From an uncultured Pelagibacteraceae bacterium (GTDB taxonomy: Bacteria > Pseudomonadota > Alphaproteobacteria > Pelagibacterales > Pelagibacteraceae): a DNA stretch of 64,000 nucleotides. This document shows positions 42,491-52,644 of the stretch, piece by piece (position 1 is the stretch's first letter; the number at the start of each line of letters is the position of its first letter). The notes below the pieces were generated by a model, which had not been told where the DNA came from, searched no databases, and saw only the letters and a program-made list of their open reading frames with translations. The stretch lies in contig CACHVP010000002.1 in NCBI GenBank assembly GCA_902583355.1, positions 24,094 through 88,093 on the forward strand, written 5' to 3'. Position numbers and translations under genes: made by a program.

Positions 42491-43788
42491 ACAATACCAA
42501 GACTTTTTGGTTTTGGACCACCTGTAAACCAGTCAATTACCTCGACGGTATGGAGAATAGGAATATTGGTTCCGTTAGTAATTTGCATAATACAGCCTAT
42601 ATTTCCTGTTGAAATAAAATCAGGTTTAACTTTATTTATATTTTCAACTTTTTGTTTCAGTAATTTTTCTGCGATATCAGATTGTAGAATATTGTAAGTT
42701 CCTGCAGATCCACAACAGATATGGCCATCCGGAATATTTAAAATTTTATTACCTGTTCTTTCTAATAAATCTATGGGTTGTTTATGAACTTTTTGCCCGT
42801 GTTGCATAGAACAAGCAGAGTGGTAAGCGATATTATATTTTTTTGATCCTTTTTCTTTTTTGAATGAAAGTTTTAAATTTTGATCAAGAAATTCCGTTAC
42901 GTCTTTTGTAAGCTCTGATATTTTCTTGGCTTTCTTTTTTAGTTCTTTGTCCTCTCTAAATACAAAACCATAATCCTTTAATGTTGTACCGCATCCAGAT
43001 GTATTAGATATAATTGCATCCAATCCATTTTTTAAGTATTCGTCATACCATAAGTTAATATTTTTTTTAAAAGTTTCTTTTGCTAGATTTTCTTTTCCAA
43101 GGTGATGATTTAAGGAACCACAGCACTCTACTTCGGGCATAGTAATTACTTCAACACCATGCCGAGTTAAAACTCTAATTGTAGATTCGTTAATTTGTGG
43201 TGAAACAACTCTTTGAACACATCCAATCAATAAAGCTACTCGGGCAGTTGGTTTTTTTCTTTCTGCTTTATAAACTTTTTGAAATCTTAAAGTTTTTCCA
43301 TATATTTTTTTTGGAGCAACATCCAACATGCTTTTTAATTTTTTAGGCAGTAAAAATTTGAAAGGTTGACCTAGTTTTGCGAACAAAATCAAAAATTTGA
43401 AAATTTGAGGTTTTGGTAAGGTTTTCGAAAGGAAATCTCTAAATAATTTTTCAAAAAAAGGCCTTTTATATTTTTTCTCTACATAATTTCTTCCATGATC
43501 AATTAAATGCATATAGTTAACACCAGATGGACATGTCGTCATACATGCATAGCATGATAAACATTTGTCTATGTGCGAAACAACTTTCTTGGTAGGAGTT
43601 TTTTTCTTCTCAATCATTTCTTTGATTAAATAAATTCTTCCTCGTGGGCCATCCAATTCATCTCCAAGAAGATTAAAAGTTGGGCATGTTGCATTACACA
43701 TTCCACAATGCACACATTTTCTTAAAATTTTTTCTGTGGACTTATTGTCCTTATTTTTTAATTGATCTTCTGAAAAATTTGTTTGCAT
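42487..43788 (-). CDS. glcF: glycolate oxidase iron-sulfur subunit
   Basis: CVHCGMCNATCP and CLSCYACMTTCP, plus Cys-rich CCG-type repeats. Confidence 0.88.
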   Translation of the reverse strand: MQTNFSEDQLKNKDNKSTEKILRKCVHCGMCNATCPTFNLLGDELDGPRGRIYLIKEMIEKKKTPTKKVVSHIDKCLSCYACMTTCPSGVNYMHLIDHGRNYVEKKYKRPFFEKLFRDFLSKTLPKPQIFKFLILFAKLGQPFKFLLPKKLKSMLDVAPKKIYGKTLRFQKVYKAERKKPTARVALLIGCVQRVVSPQINESTIRVLTRHGVEVITMPEVECCGSLNHHLGKENLAKETFKKNINLWYDEYLKNGLDAIISNTSGCGTTLKDYGFVFREDKELKKKAKKISELTKDVTEFLDQNLKLSFKKEKGSKKYNIAYHSACSMQHGQKVHKQPIDLLERTGNKILNIPDGHICCGSAGTYNILQSDIAEKLLKQKVENINKVKPDFISTGNIGCIMQITNGTNIPILHTVEVIDWFTGGPKPKSLGIV

Positions 43789-45045
43789 TTAAATACCTGT
43801 ATACATTTTTCCCGGGTTTAAAATTCTTTTTGGATCAAAACTTTTTTTTATATTTTGTGAAATCTTAAATTTAATTGGATCAATAGTAAATATTTCTGAT
43901 GAAGATTTAACACTTTCCCTGGATTTAATTAATGTAATATAGCCATTAACATCAAGGATTCTTTGTCTCAATTGATCAATTTTTTGACTAGACAGGTAAT
44001 CTAGTTCCATCCAAATTAAGGAGCCACCCCAATCAATAAAATAATTTGGATGGAAGGTTTTTGTTCTGTTTATTAGATTTAATGTTTCAGATGGTGGGAC
44101 AACAGCTCTCAAAATATTTCCATCATTTTTTGAGAAAACTTTGATAGATCTAGAGTCCTCCCAAAAAATTTCTGACTGTGTGCTGTCTAAGATTGCCAAT
44201 TTTTTATCTGTTAAAGATAGGTCATTTATTAAATTTTCAATTCTTTGTTTTACTGAAATTTTTGTACCTTCAACTCTAATTGCTGTTATTGATCCTGGAT
44301 GTGTTAGATCGTTATAAACAAAATTATTTCTTAAATTCGCAGGATAATATAATGCCCCTGAAGGATCGTTAGATGATGATATAGCTGAACTCATAATTCC
44401 CAATCCGTGTTCCAGTGGCAAATCACTGACAATAATAGTTTTTGTTTCAGCTTCTAATGGTAATACTTTTAAAGTTATTTCGCTTAAAGTCACAAGGGTT
44501 CCAAATGATCCTGTAATCAATTTTGATAAATCATATCCTGTAACATTTTTTACAACAGTTCCTCCAGATTTAACTTTTTCACCTTTTCCATTAAATCCTT
44601 TGAAACCTAAAATGTGATCTCTTGCACTACCTACTTTAAATCTTCTTGATCCAGAAAAGTTACAAGATAAAGTTCCACCAATCGTTCCTTCATTTGAATT
44701 TGTTTTAAATATTTTTGAAAAATTAATTGGTTCAAAAGCTAAGTGTTGATTATTTTTTTTTAATTCTTCTTGAATTGTTTTGATAGGTGTTCCAGCTTTT
44801 ACTGTAATGTATAATTCTTCAGGCTTATAATCAATAATTCCTGAGAATCTGGACATATTAAGTGTCTTGGCACATTGAAGTTTTTTTCCAATTCCTTGTT
44901 TCGTTTGACTTCCAACTATTTCTATTGGTAAATTTTTTTTAAAACAATATTTAATTATTTGTTGAATTTCACTCTCATCTTGGGGCTCGAACTTTTCAAC
45001 ATTAAAATCTAGGGATGTCTGAGAATTTTGATTTGTCTCTTCCAT
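43789..45045 (-). CDS. glcE: glycolate oxidase FAD-binding subunit
   Basis: FAD-binding PCMH-type domain, located between glcD and glcF. The start overlaps the glcD end by 44 nt. Confidence 0.82.
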   Translation of the reverse strand: MEETNQNSQTSLDFNVEKFEPQDESEIQQIIKYCFKKNLPIEIVGSQTKQGIGKKLQCAKTLNMSRFSGIIDYKPEELYITVKAGTPIKTIQEELKKNNQHLAFEPINFSKIFKTNSNEGTIGGTLSCNFSGSRRFKVGSARDHILGFKGFNGKGEKVKSGGTVVKNVTGYDLSKLITGSFGTLVTLSEITLKVLPLEAETKTIIVSDLPLEHGLGIMSSAISSSNDPSGALYYPANLRNNFVYNDLTHPGSITAIRVEGTKISVKQRIENLINDLSLTDKKLAILDSTQSEIFWEDSRSIKVFSKNDGNILRAVVPPSETLNLINRTKTFHPNYFIDWGGSLIWMELDYLSSQKIDQLRQRILDVNGYITLIKSRESVKSSSEIFTIDPIKFKISQNIKKSFDPKRILNPGKMYTGI

Positions 45046-46501
45046 GAATATGTAATCTTCCTTCCTCTGCGCATTTTCTTAAAATGGGATATACTTTTCC
45101 TGGATTCAAGAGAGAGCTTGGATCTAAAGAATTTTTAATATTAATTTGTTGCTGAATATCATTGTCATTAAACATTTCACACATTAGTTCTCTTTTTTCT
45201 ATACCTATTCCATGCTCACCTGATAAAACTCCCCCAAATTTAACACACAACTTTAAAATATCTTCGCCAAATTTTTCTGTTTTTTGTAAAGAGATTTTGT
45301 CATTAGCATCAAACATTATGATGGGATGTAAATTTCCATCTCCTGCGTGGAATGCATTAGCAACGGGCAATTTATATTTTTTAGATAATTTAGTTATTTC
45401 TCTTAAAACTTTTGCAAGTTTACTTCTAGGTATTGTTCCGTCTACACAATAATAATCAGGTGCCATTTCACCACAAGCTGGAAATGCTGCTTTTCTTCCT
45501 GACCAAAATTTCAACCTCTCTTCATCTGATTTGCTTATTTTTACACTTGTGCATTTATTTTGTTTACAAATATCTGAAACTTTTTTTATTTGTTCCTCTA
45601 CTTCAGATTTGGTTCCATCCAGTTCCACAATTAACATGGCCTCTGCCTCTAATGGATAACCGGCTTTTGAAAAGTTATTAGTTGCTTCAAGCAAAACTTT
45701 ATCCATAATTTCCATACCGGCAGGAATTACACCGTTTGAAATAATTTTCATTACTGAATTTCCAGCGTCCTCTATAGATTGAAATCCAAGAAGAATAGCT
45801 TTAACAGTATCTGGTTTCTTTAATATTTTTACTGTTACTTCGGTGATCACACATAACAAACCTTCAGATCCCGTTATGAGCCCAAGAAAATCATATCCTG
45901 GTGAGTCAAAAACTTTTCCTCCAATTCTTACTACTGTTCCGTCAATTAAAACTGCCTCTACACCTAATATGTTATTTGTTGTTGTTCCATACTTTAGTGA
46001 GTGCACTCCGCCTGAGTTTTCAGCAACATTTCCTCCTATTGAACAAGCCATTTGACTTGATGGGTCTGGAGCATAATAAAAGCCTTTGTCTTGAACCGCA
46101 TGTGTAATTGCTAAGTTTGTAACACCTGGTTGAGCGACAACACATCTATTGGTAAAATCAATTTCTTTTATTTTATTAAATTTTCCAAGTCCCAATAATA
46201 TGCAATCAGCTAAAGGTAATGCACTTCCAGCTAGTCCAGTACCTGCTCCTCTTGGAACAACTTTGATTTTATTTTTATTGCAATAAGATAAAATTTTACT
46301 AACTTCTTGAGTTGTTTCTGGAAGAACAACAAGCATAGGCGTCTGTCTGTAAGCCGCTAAGCCATCTGTCTCGTATGGTTTAAGTTCCTCATTTTCTGAT
46401 AAAATATTTTGTTTTTTTGTAAACTTAGAGATGTCTCCAATTATTTTATCTTTATTTTTTAACGTTTGCCTGTCAACTCTTGGCATTTTTAATGTACTCA
46501 T
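45002..46501 (-). CDS. glcD: glycolate oxidase subunit GlcD
   Basis: VVPRGAGTGLAG. The C-terminus NPGKVYPILRKCAEEGRLHIH resembles the E. coli GlcD tail. Confidence 0.9.
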   Translation of the reverse strand: MSTLKMPRVDRQTLKNKDKIIGDISKFTKKQNILSENEELKPYETDGLAAYRQTPMLVVLPETTQEVSKILSYCNKNKIKVVPRGAGTGLAGSALPLADCILLGLGKFNKIKEIDFTNRCVVAQPGVTNLAITHAVQDKGFYYAPDPSSQMACSIGGNVAENSGGVHSLKYGTTTNNILGVEAVLIDGTVVRIGGKVFDSPGYDFLGLITGSEGLLCVITEVTVKILKKPDTVKAILLGFQSIEDAGNSVMKIISNGVIPAGMEIMDKVLLEATNNFSKAGYPLEAEAMLIVELDGTKSEVEEQIKKVSDICKQNKCTSVKISKSDEERLKFWSGRKAAFPACGEMAPDYYCVDGTIPRSKLAKVLREITKLSKKYKLPVANAFHAGDGNLHPIIMFDANDKISLQKTEKFGEDILKLCVKFGGVLSGEHGIGIEKRELMCEMFNDNDIQQQINIKNSLDPSSLLNPGKVYPILRKCAEEGRLHIHGRDKSKFSDIPRF

Positions 46502-46507
46502 AAAGTT

Positions 46508-46536
46508 ATTCTATAATTTTAAATTAACTTGGTCAA
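46508..46536 (-). promoter_or_regulatory. putative sigma70 promoter of glcDEF, leaderless geometry
   Basis: Minus strand reads TTGACC (46536-46531), 17-nt spacer, TAGAAT (46513-46508), then AACTTT and the glcD ATG (46501). There is no SD. Confidence 0.4.
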
Positions 46537-46577
46537 AAATTTTATTATTCAAGTTTGAGTGTTACAAACGGTTTTAC

Positions 46578-47738
46578 CTAAAGAATTTTTTTGATATTGT
46601 CTAATGCTTGGGAAATATTGTCACTAGAGGCTGCAAAACTAAATCTAACATAATCTTTTGCTGTTTTTCCGAATGCAGTACCTGGCACTATAGCTACTCC
46701 TGCTTCGTGCATACATTTTTTTGCAAATTCCTTCCCGTCCATTCCTGTTCCAATTACTTTTGGAAATGCATAAAATGCTCCTCCTGGTAAACTACACTCA
46801 ACACCTGGTAAACTATTTAAACCTTCATGTATAAGTTTTCTCCTAATTGAAAATTTTCTCATCATTTCTTTTATTGAGTCATCAGGTCCATCTAAAGCAG
46901 CAATGCCTGCAAACTGAGCTGCTGCATTAACACAAGAAACACTATTGATTAAAAGTTTATTTACATGCTCTACTAAATTTTTTGGCCAGAAGCTCCAACC
47001 TAATCTCCATCCTGTCATTGAGTATGCTTTGCTCCAACCTTCAAGAACAATCAGTCTTTCTCTTAATTCTGGATAATTAAAAAATGTTGGCATTTCTTTT
47101 CCATCAAAAATTTGTCTACTATAAATCTCATCACTTAAAATTGTTACATGTGGATGCTTCTTTAGACCTTCGGCCAATACATCAATATCTGATTTTTCAA
47201 CAAAACTTCCTGTCGGATTATTTGGATTAATTAAAACTAAAAGTCTTGTTTTGTCTGTTATTAAAGATAATATTTTTTCTGGATTAAATTTCAAATTTTT
47301 ATCTTCAGTAAGATCATATGGAACAGCTTTTGAGCCTGTAAAGTTAATCATAGACTCGTAAATTGGAAATGCAGGTGTAGGATGAATTATTTCTGCTCCT
47401 GGTTCCCCAAAACATTGAATGGCATAACTCATTGTTGGTTTTCCTCCGGGCATTATAATTATTCTTTCTGGATCAATATCTTGATTATAAAGTTTTTTTA
47501 TTTTCCTTGTTACTGATTGTCTGCATTCTAGTATCCCGTTTGATAAAACATAACCGTGGTGACCATCATCTAAAGCTTTTTTTGCTGCGTCAACAATATG
47601 TTTTGGTGTTTTAAAATCAGGCTGACCTAATCCCAAGTGTATCATTGGCTTCCCTGCGGCTTCCAATTTCTTTGCCTCTGCAAGAACGCTAAAAGCGGTT
47701 TCTGTTCCTAATCTATCTAAGCTTTTTGATAATTTCAT
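46578..47738 (-). CDS. class I/II pyridoxal-phosphate aminotransferase
   Basis: NPNNPTG and SKAYSMTGWRLGW (PLP Lys). Confidence 0.85.
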   Translation of the reverse strand: MKLSKSLDRLGTETAFSVLAEAKKLEAAGKPMIHLGLGQPDFKTPKHIVDAAKKALDDGHHGYVLSNGILECRQSVTRKIKKLYNQDIDPERIIIMPGGKPTMSYAIQCFGEPGAEIIHPTPAFPIYESMINFTGSKAVPYDLTEDKNLKFNPEKILSLITDKTRLLVLINPNNPTGSFVEKSDIDVLAEGLKKHPHVTILSDEIYSRQIFDGKEMPTFFNYPELRERLIVLEGWSKAYSMTGWRLGWSFWPKNLVEHVNKLLINSVSCVNAAAQFAGIAALDGPDDSIKEMMRKFSIRRKLIHEGLNSLPGVECSLPGGAFYAFPKVIGTGMDGKEFAKKCMHEAGVAIVPGTAFGKTAKDYVRFSFAASSDNISQALDNIKKIL

Positions 47739-48886
47739 GTTCTAAAAATAATATTGGATTTACTTAAATCTTTTACGGATTTACATCCTAAAAGTATCAT
47801 ATCTCTTCTTATCTCGTCGTGCATTTTTTGCAAGACAGCCTCCACTCCTTGTTGTCCACCTGCTCCTAAACCAAATAAATAGCCTTTTCCAAAACTACAA
47901 GCTGTTGCTCCCAGTGATAAAGCTTTTAACACATGTGTTCCTCTTCTTATTCCGCCATCCAAAATTATCTCTGCTTTCCCACCAACAGCATCCGCTATAT
48001 CTGGAAGTTGATCAAATGGTGCACGTGAACCATCTAATTGTCTGCCTCCATGATTTGAAAGCATAATTGCAGAAGCTCCAATTCCAACTGCTCGTTTTGC
48101 ATCTTCAACTGACATAATTCCTTTAATTGCAAATGGGCCTCCCCATTTTTTTATACAGTACTCAGCATCTTTCCAACTCATTGCTGGATCGTATTGCTCA
48201 TTTATGTATTCCATTACACCCTTAGCAATACTACTTCCTTTCTTAGTAAAATGAGAAACATTTGCCAATTGGAATTTTTCATGAGTTAAATAATTTATAG
48301 ACCACTTTGGATGAAAAGCAAAACTCAATAGACTTTTAAGTGTTAATTTTGGTGGTGTGGTAAAACCCCACTTATGATCTCTTTCACGATTACCTGCTAC
48401 AACTGTATCAACAGTTAGACACATAGCATTGAAACCAGATCTTTTACATCGGTCAATTAAATTATCAGTTAGGCTCTGATCTTTATGAATATATAATTGA
48501 AATAGCTTTGGTCCACCTGAAATATTTGAGATTTCCTCAATTGATGAAGTACCCATAGTTGACATACTATAAAATGTTCCAAATTTTTCTGCTGCTCGAG
48601 CGCTTGCTTTGTCACCATCATGATGATAAAGCCTTTGCATTGCTGTTGGTGACAAAAATATTGGCATTTTTATTTTTTTACCGAAAACTTCTGTATTCAT
48701 GTCTGGTTCACCGACGCCAGCTAAAATATTTGGAACAAGATCGCATTTTGAAAAAGACTCTGTATTTCTTTTAAGAGTCACTTCATCGTCTGAGCCCCCG
48801 TCTATATAATGAAAAATTGGTGCAGGTAGTTTTTTTTTGGCAAGTTTTCTAAAATCATCAAAATTATAACAATCATTTAAGTTCAT
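47735..48886 (-). CDS. FMN-dependent alpha-hydroxy acid dehydrogenase/oxidase (LldD / glycolate oxidase family)
   Basis: SNHGGRQLD, DGGIRRG, LTVDT. Confidence 0.87.
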   Translation of the reverse strand: MNLNDCYNFDDFRKLAKKKLPAPIFHYIDGGSDDEVTLKRNTESFSKCDLVPNILAGVGEPDMNTEVFGKKIKMPIFLSPTAMQRLYHHDGDKASARAAEKFGTFYSMSTMGTSSIEEISNISGGPKLFQLYIHKDQSLTDNLIDRCKRSGFNAMCLTVDTVVAGNRERDHKWGFTTPPKLTLKSLLSFAFHPKWSINYLTHEKFQLANVSHFTKKGSSIAKGVMEYINEQYDPAMSWKDAEYCIKKWGGPFAIKGIMSVEDAKRAVGIGASAIMLSNHGGRQLDGSRAPFDQLPDIADAVGGKAEIILDGGIRRGTHVLKALSLGATACSFGKGYLFGLGAGGQQGVEAVLQKMHDEIRRDMILLGCKSVKDLSKSNIIFRT

Positions 48887-48901
48887 TGGAATTTTATAAA
48901 T

Positions 48902-49423
48902 TTAAAATCTTTTTAAGAAATTAAACATATAGCTATTTGCTCCAGGATTTTTATCTCCAAGACTAGCATTGGATACATGGTTATAGGACATTCCTAAATT
49001 AGTTCCCTCTGAAAGATCGAATGATACCTGTACTTCGCTTTTAAACTCTAATGGGTGTCCCAGATCTTTGCCGTCTCCTTGCCTATAATATCCAGGTGTA
49101 AAACTTGGGGTAATATTTAATATTCCTAAAGAATAGTTCGCCTCGATACCGGTATATAAATATGTTGCTTTATCTTGAGTTATCATGAGACCTGTAATAG
49201 GAGAAATTCTTCCAAAAAAAGTGTCTCTATATAAATTCTCATTTTGGTGCTCAACTCCATAAAGAGCAGCTCTCTTTCCATCGTCACTGAAATCAAACAT
49301 TCCGGTATAAAAGTTCAAGCCTTTGCTATTTTCGTTAGATGTTGCTGTAGTACTGATAATTATAGTACTAAGTAAAACCAATATTAATTTTAATTTAATT
49401 TTCATTTTATCAAAAAAATACAA
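48902..49423 (-). CDS. outer-membrane acyloxyacyl hydrolase / PagL-like lipid A deacylase
   Basis: Signal peptide, beta-barrel-like alternating pattern, YNHVSNASLGDKNPGANS (His/Ser region), and a C-terminal Phe. Confidence 0.55.
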   Translation of the reverse strand: MYFFDKMKIKLKLILVLLSTIIISTTATSNENSKGLNFYTGMFDFSDDGKRAALYGVEHQNENLYRDTFFGRISPITGLMITQDKATYLYTGIEANYSLGILNITPSFTPGYYRQGDGKDLGHPLEFKSEVQVSFDLSEGTNLGMSYNHVSNASLGDKNPGANSYMFNFLKRF

Positions 49424-49450
49424 TTTTAATTTTTAAATGTACATAGCCAA

Positions 49451-49816
49451 TTATTTCTTTCCAATTAACCTTTTTTTTGTAATTAGGTAAATAAATATAC
49501 CACCAAGTATAAATAATAAATATGGCAATAACCATAAGACATAACTATCTTTTTTGAGTGGTGGATTAAGTAAAATCCAATCTCCATACTTTTCGGATAA
49601 AAAATTATATATTTCATTTTCTGATAAGCCTTCTTCAATTTTATCGTTTACAACTTCTTTTATAATCAATGCAAAATCAGCATTTGAATCTAGTATTGTT
49701 TGTCCTTGGCAAACTAAACATCTAAGGTTTTTTAAAATATTTGAATTAAGGTTTTCGTTTGATAAAAGATTTGAATTTATCAAAAATATTATCATTATAA
49801 AAAAATACTTTTTCAT
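49451..49816 (-). CDS. ccmH: cytochrome c-type biogenesis protein CcmH
   Basis: LRCLVCQGQ motif and a C-terminal TM segment. Confidence 0.85.
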   Translation of the reverse strand: MKKYFFIMIIFLINSNLLSNENLNSNILKNLRCLVCQGQTILDSNADFALIIKEVVNDKIEEGLSENEIYNFLSEKYGDWILLNPPLKKDSYVLWLLPYLLFILGGIFIYLITKKRLIGKK

Positions 49817-50332
49817 TTAATTAACAATTTTTTTAATCTCTTTAACATCTTTTGGTTTTAATGGTCCTATATATTTTTTTAAGATAGTTAAATTTTCATC
49901 TACAAGTATCGTTTCAGGAATACCATATACCCCAAAATCTACAGATTTTTTTCCATCTGGATCCTGGGTTAGAATGAAGAAAGGATTTCCCAACTCTTTC
50001 AAAAAATTTTTGGCATTATTTTTGTCATCCTTAAAATTTACACCAATAATTTTTAAATTATTAATTTTACTTAGAGAAATTAAATGTTTGTGTTCTTTCC
50101 TGCATGGTCCACACCAAGAAGCCCAAAAATTAAATAATGTAAAATTAAAATTTTTTGCATCAGTCGTACTAAATTTTTTTTCATCGTTGAAAAACTGCAA
50201 TTCAATATATTTGATTTCTTTTCCGATTAAGTTTTCGGTATCATATATTTTATTATTTTTAAGACTTAAGTAAAAAGTCGTAAAAATAAAAATAAAAAAA
50301 AAGCAAAATAAAATTAAATATAGTCTTTTCAT
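49817..50332 (-). CDS. ccmG: thiol:disulfide interchange protein CcmG/DsbE
   Basis: FWASWCGPCR, GVYGIPET. Confidence 0.88.
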   Translation of the reverse strand: MKRLYLILFCFFFIFIFTTFYLSLKNNKIYDTENLIGKEIKYIELQFFNDEKKFSTTDAKNFNFTLFNFWASWCGPCRKEHKHLISLSKINNLKIIGVNFKDDKNNAKNFLKELGNPFFILTQDPDGKKSVDFGVYGIPETILVDENLTILKKYIGPLKPKDVKEIKKIVN

Positions 50333-50333
50333 T

Positions 50334-52211
50334 TTATATTTTTTTTCTTGAAAAAAAATTCAAAACTCCTCCGACTGAAATTAACAAAACAGAAAGCCAA
50401 ATAAAATTCATAAAAGGTTTTTTTTGAAATTTTATATTAAATATGTCTGTATTTGAAATATTACTCATGGTTAAATATGTGTCCGAAAAGAATTTTGATT
50501 TTATTGATGCTTCATAAGTTATGATTTCTGGTTTATTATAAATTCTAATTTCAGGAGTTAAATTTTCTAACACTAATTGATTTTTATTTTGAATTTCGAA
50601 ATAACCAATAACTGATTGGTAATTATTTTTTGATAAAGTCTCCAAATTTTTAAATTTTATAACATAATCCTTCACAATTTTTTTTTCTCCTACTTTTACA
50701 TTAAAATTATTTTCGATAGAAAATATATAATTTATAGAAATAAAAAAAATTAATAATCCAAAACCAAAATGGGATGCGAACCTAGATAAATTAAAATTTC
50801 CATTTTTTAAGTCTTGATATAAATCTAGAATAGTCTGAGCTATTAAATATAGTGAAAACAGCAATATAATATTTAATAAAAAATTACTTTCATTTTTTAT
50901 AAAAAGAAAAATTATTAAAAATAAAACAAACGATATAAACAGAGCAAAATTAAATATTTTCTTTACTTCTGGTGTTATCCATTTGTGTTTGGGTCCAGAA
51001 GTCATCAAAAACAATAAAGGAATCAAAAAAGGAGCTAAAATAAAGTTATAATAAGGAGGGCCAACTGATATTTTTGTTCCAAAGAGAGTATCAAGAAAAA
51101 CTGGATATAACGTCCCTATCAAAACGACTGTTAAGAAAAATATCATAAACCAGTTATTGATTAATATAAAAAATTCTTTGGTAAAAATTTTATAATTTTT
51201 TTTTTCAACCGGAGCATATTTAAAAAAAATAAAAATTGATGAAAAAACCATGAAAATCAAAAACGTAAGTATGAATAAACCTCTTGATGGATCATTTGCA
51301 AATGTATGGACAGAATTCAAGATTCCAGATCTAACTAAAAAAGTTCCAACTACGCTCATCGTAAAAGTTAAAATACTTAATATAATAACCCACGAATAAA
51401 GTCCTATTCTTCTCTCTAAAACTAAAACTGAGTGAAGTAGTGCAGTCATTAAAAACCATGGCATCAAAGAGGAATTTTCTACTGGATCCCAAAACCAAAA
51501 TCCACCCCAGCCCAACTCGTAGTATGCCCAGATGGATCCGGCTAATATACCAACGGTTTGAAAGAACCATGAAATAGAAACCCAAGGTTTAATTGAAATT
51601 GCAAATGATCTAGCTTCAACTTGTGAAAGCAGAGCAGCCAGTGCTGCGGAAAAATAAATTGAAGATCCAACAAATCCTAAATAAAGTAATGGAGGATGAA
51701 TTGCCAGAATTGGGTCTTGTAAAATTGGGTTTAAACCCATTCCCTCATTAGGTATTGGAAATATTTTAGAAAATGGATTTGAATTTGTTAATAAAAAAAT
51801 AAAAAAAATTGAAATTAACAAATTTTGAATAATTAAAGTTAAAATTCGAAATTTTTTGTTTTTATTATTATTTAAAAATAAAAATAGAAATGAAAATAAA
51901 ACAAGTATGTTTATCCATAATAAGAGACTGCCTTCATGATTGCCCCACACACCTGAAATTTTATAAAATAACGGTTTAGTTGTGTGTGAATTCTCATAAA
52001 CATTAATCATTGAAAAATCAGAAAATATATAACCAACTAGTAAGATCAAAAAACTTAAAACAGAAAAAGCTAATTGATAAAATGATAGAAGATAAATTCT
52101 CTTTGGAACTTTATTATCTGAAATCTTAATTTCGAAATATGAAAAAATGATAAGAGCAAAAGATATAGCTAATGCAATTAAAGAGGAAAAAGTGCCTAGA
52201 TTACTTAACAT
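50334..52211 (-). CDS. ccmF: cytochrome c heme lyase subunit CcmF
   Basis: WGGFWFWDPVEN W-rich motif. 625 aa, polytopic. Confidence 0.92.
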   Translation of the reverse strand: MLSNLGTFSSLIALAISFALIIFSYFEIKISDNKVPKRIYLLSFYQLAFSVLSFLILLVGYIFSDFSMINVYENSHTTKPLFYKISGVWGNHEGSLLLWINILVLFSFLFLFLNNNKNKKFRILTLIIQNLLISIFFIFLLTNSNPFSKIFPIPNEGMGLNPILQDPILAIHPPLLYLGFVGSSIYFSAALAALLSQVEARSFAISIKPWVSISWFFQTVGILAGSIWAYYELGWGGFWFWDPVENSSLMPWFLMTALLHSVLVLERRIGLYSWVIILSILTFTMSVVGTFLVRSGILNSVHTFANDPSRGLFILTFLIFMVFSSIFIFFKYAPVEKKNYKIFTKEFFILINNWFMIFFLTVVLIGTLYPVFLDTLFGTKISVGPPYYNFILAPFLIPLLFLMTSGPKHKWITPEVKKIFNFALFISFVLFLIIFLFIKNESNFLLNIILLFSLYLIAQTILDLYQDLKNGNFNLSRFASHFGFGLLIFFISINYIFSIENNFNVKVGEKKIVKDYVIKFKNLETLSKNNYQSVIGYFEIQNKNQLVLENLTPEIRIYNKPEIITYEASIKSKFFSDTYLTMSNISNTDIFNIKFQKKPFMNFIWLSVLLISVGGVLNFFSRKKI

Positions 52212-52644
52212 TTTGTTTTAAATTTTCTCTTACTTCTGGCGGCATATAATTTTCATCGTGTTTCGCTAAAATTCTCTTAGCTAAAAAAAATTTTTTATCT
52301 TTTAGTTTTCCTTCTGCAACTACCCCTTTTCCTTCTGCGAAAAGCGCAGGAACTGTACCTTTGTAGCTCACTATTATTTCCTTTTTAAAATCTGTAACAA
52401 TAAACTTAATTTCATTATTATCAGTTTTTAATGATCCATCTTTTACCATCCCGCCTATTCTGATTTCATTATTTAGAATTGCCTCATTGCTTTCTTGTAT
52501 TTCAGAAGGGGAATAAAAATATAGAATATTATCTTCTAGTGTTTTAAAAATAAATACTATTAGTATTATAGACACTGATAATACCGCTATGAAGATTGAT
52601 AATCTATTTTTCGTCTTTTTATTAAGCATTTCAAAAATGCCCAA
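52201..52644 (-). CDS. ccmE: heme chaperone CcmE
   Basis: RIGGMV and AKHDENYMPPEV (heme-binding His). Confidence 0.9.
   Translation of the reverse strand: MGIFEMLNKKTKNRLSIFIAVLSVSIILIVFIFKTLEDNILYFYSPSEIQESNEAILNNEIRIGGMVKDGSLKTDNNEIKFIVTDFKKEIIVSYKGTVPALFAEGKGVVAEGKLKDKKFFLAKRILAKHDENYMPPEVRENLKQNVK

Noticed and set aside
45002-45045. 44-nt overlap of glcD and glcE as a sign of a frameshift or fusion
   Set aside because: The glcD C-terminus matches the E. coli GlcD tail through to its stop, and glcE has an ATG with a sensible N-terminus. Overlaps of this size are common throughout this window.
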